Assembly: GCA_022605425.2 (NCBI GenBank)
Contig: CM061254.1
Coordinates: 715,688 to 779,687, forward strand
Reading direction: 5' to 3'
DNA: 64,000 nt
Origin: Hamiltosporidium tvaerminnensis FI-OER-3-3
Lineage: Eukaryota > Fungi > Microsporidia
Shown here piece after piece: positions 57,688 to 64,000 of this stretch; position 1 is the stretch's first letter; the number at the start of each line of letters is the position of its first letter. A model generated the notes under the pieces. The model saw nothing but the letters and a program-made list of their open reading frames with translations, was not told the origin of the DNA and searched no databases. Made by a program: the position numbers and the translations under genes.

Positions 57688-57719
57688 TTGAGTTATAATG
57701 TTTAGTTTAAAATTATTGA

Positions 57720-60400
57720 TTATGTTTTCTTGCACAGATCCATCGATTACAACATGTATACGCAAATAATTTTGATGTCTTAGCATTGAAAAAAAATCAA
57801 TTATTCCTTATTAAGCCAGAGATTCGGTAAAACTTGGCTATATTAAGAACATCAATCTTCTTTATATCATATTTACATGTAGTTTTATAACCAAAGCCAT
57901 TTAAATCTAAACCTGCTCACAGTAACCAAATCAAATTGTTATAGTCTTGTCTGTCTAGTTAACCAGTAGGTTATTTTTGCTATATCTCACTTGAAATTGA
58001 GCAACATAAGATAAATTTGTTATGGTTTAAGCCTTCCAGTCCCTGTTGAGTCTTATATTCGTTCAAATGCAATCAATTAAAAGCCAAAATCTCATCTCAT
58101 ACTTGGTTTGAAATTCTTAGTATTTATATTTTTTTAATTTGAAGCCAATTTTAAAGTAAAATTATTCATTATAAATATGTCTTAATGCTTATATTATCAA
58201 TTAATATTTTTCGATTCTCATTCACAGTTTTGCTTTGTTTTTTTATTATATTGTTCTTCATTTCCTCGACCTACTAATTCTAATTCAATTCGGTAAGAAA
58301 AATACACATAAAAAATTGTTCTTAATTCCCTAACAAAAATTTACCATTTGCCTCTTCATAATAATGCCGAATATCATGAATTAAACTTTTCCCAGGAAGT
58401 CACTAAAGATATAATATACGATTTAAAAAAAATTAGAATGTTAATCATAGTGATTTACATGGAATAATCAAATGTTGATTCATTCGATGCTTTCTTTACT
58501 TTTGCTTCTATATATGTAATTTATTATTTCAAGTATATAATTATAGATAGCTTTATATAATCACAAACATGATTTTTTATCCTGTTTGTACAAATGGCGG
58601 AAAAAGAAGCTGTTAACCATATTATATTTCTGAAATTAAATTTTAAATGTGTCATTTGCGAAAAGAGTCTCAGATCAGAAAATAAGCAGGTTTATAATCT
58701 TCAGTATCTTGTGATCGCTGGTTTCAGCCTTTATTTTGCATTTTTTTTAAATCCCTAAGAATTGTTACTGAACATTTCATAGGATTGACATATTTTGCAT
58801 AATGTGAACTCATTTACAACATATATCATAACAATCTAAGAAAATTATAAACAAAAAATTTGAAATATAAAAACAAATAAAAAACACAATACAAGTATCT
58901 TAAGTTTGTTTCAAACTTTAGAAACTCTTAATTAAATTTAAATCAATATAATTATTACAAAAAAATTTTGATTTATAAAAAAAAAATAGTTTAATTATCG
59001 AACTATTTTCCTAACATTTTCAAATGGAGGATGAGAATACAATAGTACCCTGAATACTATGTTAAACGTTTCTAAGTTTCAAAACTATACAAAATATTGG
59101 TTTTTATAAGCTTGAATGTTTAATACTGATTCGATTCATGTACCATCAAGCTATTATTTCAACAGAAAATATATATAATATTATTTATGAATTAAACCAA
59201 ATAATAGATTAACGCAATACTGATTTTTATATAATTTTTTTAGTAGGTTTCTGATCGAGAAAAAAAATAAATGCTTTTAATTTGTGTATTATAAAGAGAT
59301 CTATAAATATCAAAGCAGGCTTGCCATTGATTTCTGTTAATTTTCAAAGCATTTTATTGCCTATTCTATACAATAGAAGGGATATTTTTTTAAAACTGTA
59401 GAAATACCGCATAACGTCTGTTGCTAGTAATGTTATCTATTTACCAGAGTTTCAAAGATATAACTTTTTTTAGCGTAAAAAATCGCTTTTTATAATTCTA
59501 AAACACAATAAGTTATTCATTGATCGATCAATTTTACTTTACAACCAAAGTCCATAGAAAATACATATTGAGACTTTTAATTATGTTTAGATATATACAT
59601 AACATTTTTTTAGCATAAATTGATTCCATTTTCTCGATTGCGCGAAATATACCAAAACATATAGATCCACTCATTAAAATTCTTATAATTGATAGGGCGA
59701 ACACATTTATTTAAACAAAAATTAGTTTTTCCAAAGACATATACAATATTTGATGTTGATTTGAAGTCTATGAGGAGAGGGTTAGATACACAAAGAGCAG
59801 GGTTAGGAGTAAGATAGGGAGAAATAGATAATTCGAGATTCTTATTTAGTTTCATATAGAAGCGGCACTATTGTGTTATAAGTCTTTAAATCTAAAAATG
59901 CTTTCTGTATATACCTTTAGGAAATATTCCATCTAAATAGGCAATATTGTCCCGTTATCGAGCTTATTGCCTTAGAGATACTGTAAAACAGGTATTGATG
60001 TTGATACGATTATATATCAACATTTTCATAAGTGAATAAATTCACTTATTAAGGTATATTCGACTGTTTTACGAGATCGAACGAGTTAGTTGTTTACTAC
60101 CCTAGGATTTATGTCAAAACTTATGCAAATAATCTTACATATGCCCTTTAACAAACCATATCAGCGTAGATAGTAAGAGTAAAAGTACATTCAGCTGCGA
60201 ATTTCAAAGTAAGAACGAAATCGTTCAGTATTTGTGGCATGTGTTTCATTGCTTCTACATTAGTATGGTGAAAAAGAGATATATCAAGGGCATTTGAGGA
60301 TTACTACTAAGAGATAGATAATCCCATACCCATAGACAAAGTAAGAGTACCACAGTAGAAGATGCCCCGATATTAAAAATTTAACTATATTTATAGTTTT
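57720..60400 (-). pseudogene. Probable decayed coding sequence(s) in the subtelomere
   Basis: Composition looks more coding-like than the flanks, but only short broken ORFs remain (e.g. 59610-59855). No family recognised. Confidence 0.3.
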
Positions 60401-63263
60401 GAAATTTTTAATATTCAATCATCTTTCTTTATTTATTTTAAGTAGACAAATCGTAATTTTGATAGTATAATCTCTTAACCAACGAACACAATCATAGAAA
60501 TTTTATTTTTTGAATTATAACTACTTGTTTCCATTAATTATAAGACTAAGTTTAAATCCTTTTGCTTTGATATCCATCTAAAAATATATTTAAATATCAA
60601 AATGATAATAATATCTTGTAATTCCCACTAGTATAGATATTTCTTCATTATGTAAATAATTGTTCGTAACTTTATATCTATTTAGCAAAGTAAATATTAA
60701 AAATGATTTAAATTAATTTAGCTTATAGTGAAATATATTTATTAAAGATTCATTCAATCTTTATACCAAATTAAAATATTATCTAAATTATTATTTATTT
60801 GAATTGTTTTTTGTGTGAATCCGTAATGACTCATAAGAAAGTTAAAGATAAAGAAAACCAAAAAAAACATTAATCTAAACATTTATAAAATTGTTGTAAA
60901 TTGTATTTGAATAAGGTAGATAAATTAAAAACATTGAAATTAACAAACAATTAATATAAAAACAGATAATGAAATGTAGTTTTAATTTTGAAGTAGTATA
61001 ATAAGAACAAGATTATCAGTTCGAGACATTTTAATGTACTATACAATTTATTTAAATTTAATTCTTTAGATAATTAGAGTAAACTACAAGATAGGTCAAA
61101 TAAAAATATAAAATAATGGAAAACTAAGTAATATCTTTACAAATATAAAAATTTATGTTTTAAATAGGTCGAATATGAGTTCATAGTTTAAAACGAAATT
61201 CTTATATGAATATATTGAGATGAATCAAGTATCAAGATTCTCTAATATAATTGTATGATTTAGTAAAAATAACTTAATGTCTGTATAAATCTAAATAAAA
61301 GCATTTTATTTCAACGAAGTCAATAGTATTAAATTTTTAAAAAATTTTCTTGAAAGTATTATACGTGAAATTTAAATACCTTTTCAGATTTATATCATTC
61401 TTTTAATTAGCTCTATATTCTTTTTAAACCAACAAGCAATACATATATAATACAAAGCAATTTGCTCAATTTTAGGAAAGGTAACTAATATGAGGTTATA
61501 TGGAAATCCAAAGCTATGTATGAATACCCTATATGATCAAAGTTTCAATCAATATACTGAAGGCTTTTAAAAACAATTTCACAAAATTTAATACGGCCAT
61601 ATTTAGGTCAAACACAACGTATTATGACTAAGATTAAAAAATATTATTTAAAGATAATCATTTAAGGTTTAAATAGTTTAAATAATCTAAATGACCATAA
61701 AAAAGCACTTAATACCTTACGCACAAAAACTTCCAATTATAGTAAATTTTATAAGTTTATTAGACTTAACACTCAAAAATCATAGAAGAAGAGAAAATAC
61801 TTAGTTGTATATTCGAATACAACATATTGATATGAATCAACGAATTTAACGGTAAATGAATATTAAATTAGCATGAAATTAATAAATTGCATAAAAGTAT
61901 AGTAAAATGATAATTTATTCAGAAAAAAGTATTAGTTTACTAAATAAAGACAAGATTAAAATAGCCAGAATTGGTTTATAATTAGAAAAACTGCTGCATG
62001 AGCAACCACTATAACTTGGTAAAGGAATAACAAAAGAAATATGTAAAAAATATAGGAACAATTTAAAACAGAAAATTAGAATAAAAAAACAAGAAATATG
62101 AAAAAAAACATTAAAAATGGAATTAAAATAAGGTTTATCTTAACCGACTCTATACAAGTGAAAATTCAAAACTAAAAAAACATTAATAAAATAAATACCC
62201 AACTAAAATTTTCCACGTAAAAGAATAAAAGTTCGATAATTGTAAATAAAATTTGAAATGGTACAATTTTTTTATGCAAAAAAAGAAATACTTTATCATA
62301 GCAGCTATAAACAATACTAATTTCATATAAAAAATAACATACGAACTATATACTAGTTTATATTATAGAAAAGACTATACAGATTTTATACAAAATATAA
62401 ACTTACGTGACAAAAAAGCAACTAAAATCTACCACTAATGATGTAAAATAACGAGTTTACAATATAAATATATTTTTCTTTAATTAAAAGCCAACATATT
62501 ATAGTTAAACTTAAAAAATATATGATAACAACAAGTAAATTATTTTAAGTATGTAATAAACATACAAATCAAGTTTTTAATATGTTATAAATTTAATTTA
62601 GAACAAAATATATGACTTAATACAGAAGAAGTGACAAAGTTATCAAAAAAATGAATAAAAAAACTTACTAAAATTTATATCCCATGCATATCCCTTTAGC
62701 GAAAGTACATAGTATTCCAAATAATATTTTTTAATAAAACATCTAAATTTTGAATTTTTAAAAAAATTATTGTGTAATGAATTGAATCGAACAACCAAGC
62801 AATATTTGTTGGCGTTATTAATATCACATTTCACACGCCTTATATTGCACTCTTCTGAAACTCAGTAGATAAATAAAATGGAATACAAATTATAAGTAAG
62901 AAAAGTATTTTGTATAAATAAAAACCGTATAGTTTTAAAAAAGAATAATATGTTATGATGGTGAATTCTTAATTGCTTTGTAAAATAAAAGAAACTTTGG
63001 ATATTGAAATTAAAAAAAAAAACAGTGCAGTTTAATAAGATTTATTTCATTAAATAATTAATAGCTCGATAAATGGTACCATACATACCTTTCAAAATCA
63101 GAATAATTTTTTTTTACAATGAACAACAAGATATAAAAGAAAAGATAACTTAAACAAAAATAAGCGGTAAATGAAAATAACAAAACAATATTACAAATTT
63201 ATAATAACAGACTATCTCGGTTTTGGAAAAAAAATATATTTCTGTATAAACTAACACATAGAA

Positions 63264-63600
63264 TAATTTAAAATCATTACCTCTTTTTTACACAGTCATT
63301 AGTATAAATTTTTTTGATGACATTCCCGCAGTTCTGAGTTTAACATATGTGACAGCACCCCCACCACACTATCTGTACCACTTACGATACCCATTATAAG
63401 GCCTTCATTTATAAGGTATATATGATATATTTAATAGGGAAAAGGTTTGCGTAGCGTTTGCCCATATCTGTTACTAAGTTTTGATTGTAGGTAGAACATA
63501 GCTCGAACTTAATCTTTCGAGATTATGCAAAATTTTCACTTACTCTATCCACTCCGAAGCCAATAAATGCTCGCTAAGATATATTTTGATGACTAACACA
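63264..63600 (-). mobile_element. 5'-truncated, diverged family A copy capped by the telomere
   Basis: Colinear with 16055-16395 (atgacatt, cgcagttct, gtttaacata, cgatacc, cacttactcta, ccaataaa, gctaagatatattt). Stops exactly where the telomere starts. Confidence 0.85.
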
Positions 63601-64000
63601 GGGTTAGGGTTAGGGTTAGGGTTAGGGTTAGGGTTAGGGTTAGGGTTAGGGTTAGGGTTAGGGTTAGGGTTAGGGGTTAGGGTTAGGGTTAGGGGTTAGG
63701 GTTAGGGTTAGGGTTAGGGTTAGGGGTTAGGGTTAGGGTTAGGGTTAGGGTTAGGGGTTAGGGGTTAGGGGTTAGGGTTAGGGTTAGGGTTAGGGTTAGG
63801 GTTAGGGTTAGGGTTAGGGTTAAGGGTTAGGGTTAGGGTTAGGGTTAGGGTTAGGGTTAGGGTTAGGGTTAGGGTTAGGGTTAGGGTTAGGGTTAGGGTT
63901 AGGGTTAGGGTTAGGGTTAGGGTTAGGGTTAGGGTTAGGGTTAGGGGTTAGGGTTAGGGTTAGGGTTAGGGTTAGGGTTAGGGTTAGGGTTAGGGTTAGG
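63600..64000 (+). repeat. Telomeric (TTAGGG)n tract
   Basis: About 400 bp of TTAGGG, G-strand running 5'->3' to the window end, with occasional TTAGGGG and one TTAAGGG. Confidence 0.98.

Noticed and set aside
61900-62300. A-rich stretch that might be another retroelement remnant
   Set aside because: No motif could be read with confidence.

Overview
This is a very AT-rich, intron-less eukaryotic chromosome end that finishes in a (TTAGGG)n telomere (63600-64000). Compact divergent housekeeping genes, CCC motifs just before ATGs, an LRR-like gene and abundant RLE-type non-LTR retroelement debris point to a large-genome microsporidian (Hamiltosporidium-like; this is inference). Recognisable genes are NOT3/5, TRF4/5, RAE1/GLE2, UTP14, PMT, INTS3-like, ERD2, PIN1/ESS1, EPL1 and an MFS sugar porter. 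The main unexplained system is a ~730-nt non-coding interspersed element ('family A'), with 6 full-length copies plus one truncated copy. It has 12-14 bp target-site duplications (TSDs), many hairpins, a cUUCGg tetraloop and crossing (pseudoknot) helices. Its ~105-nt 5' head is shared with a shorter (TAAG)n-tailed element ('family B'). The telomere is attached directly to a 5'-truncated family A copy, and the first telomeric GGGT aligns without gaps to the element's own GGGT. All alignments and structures were done by eye.
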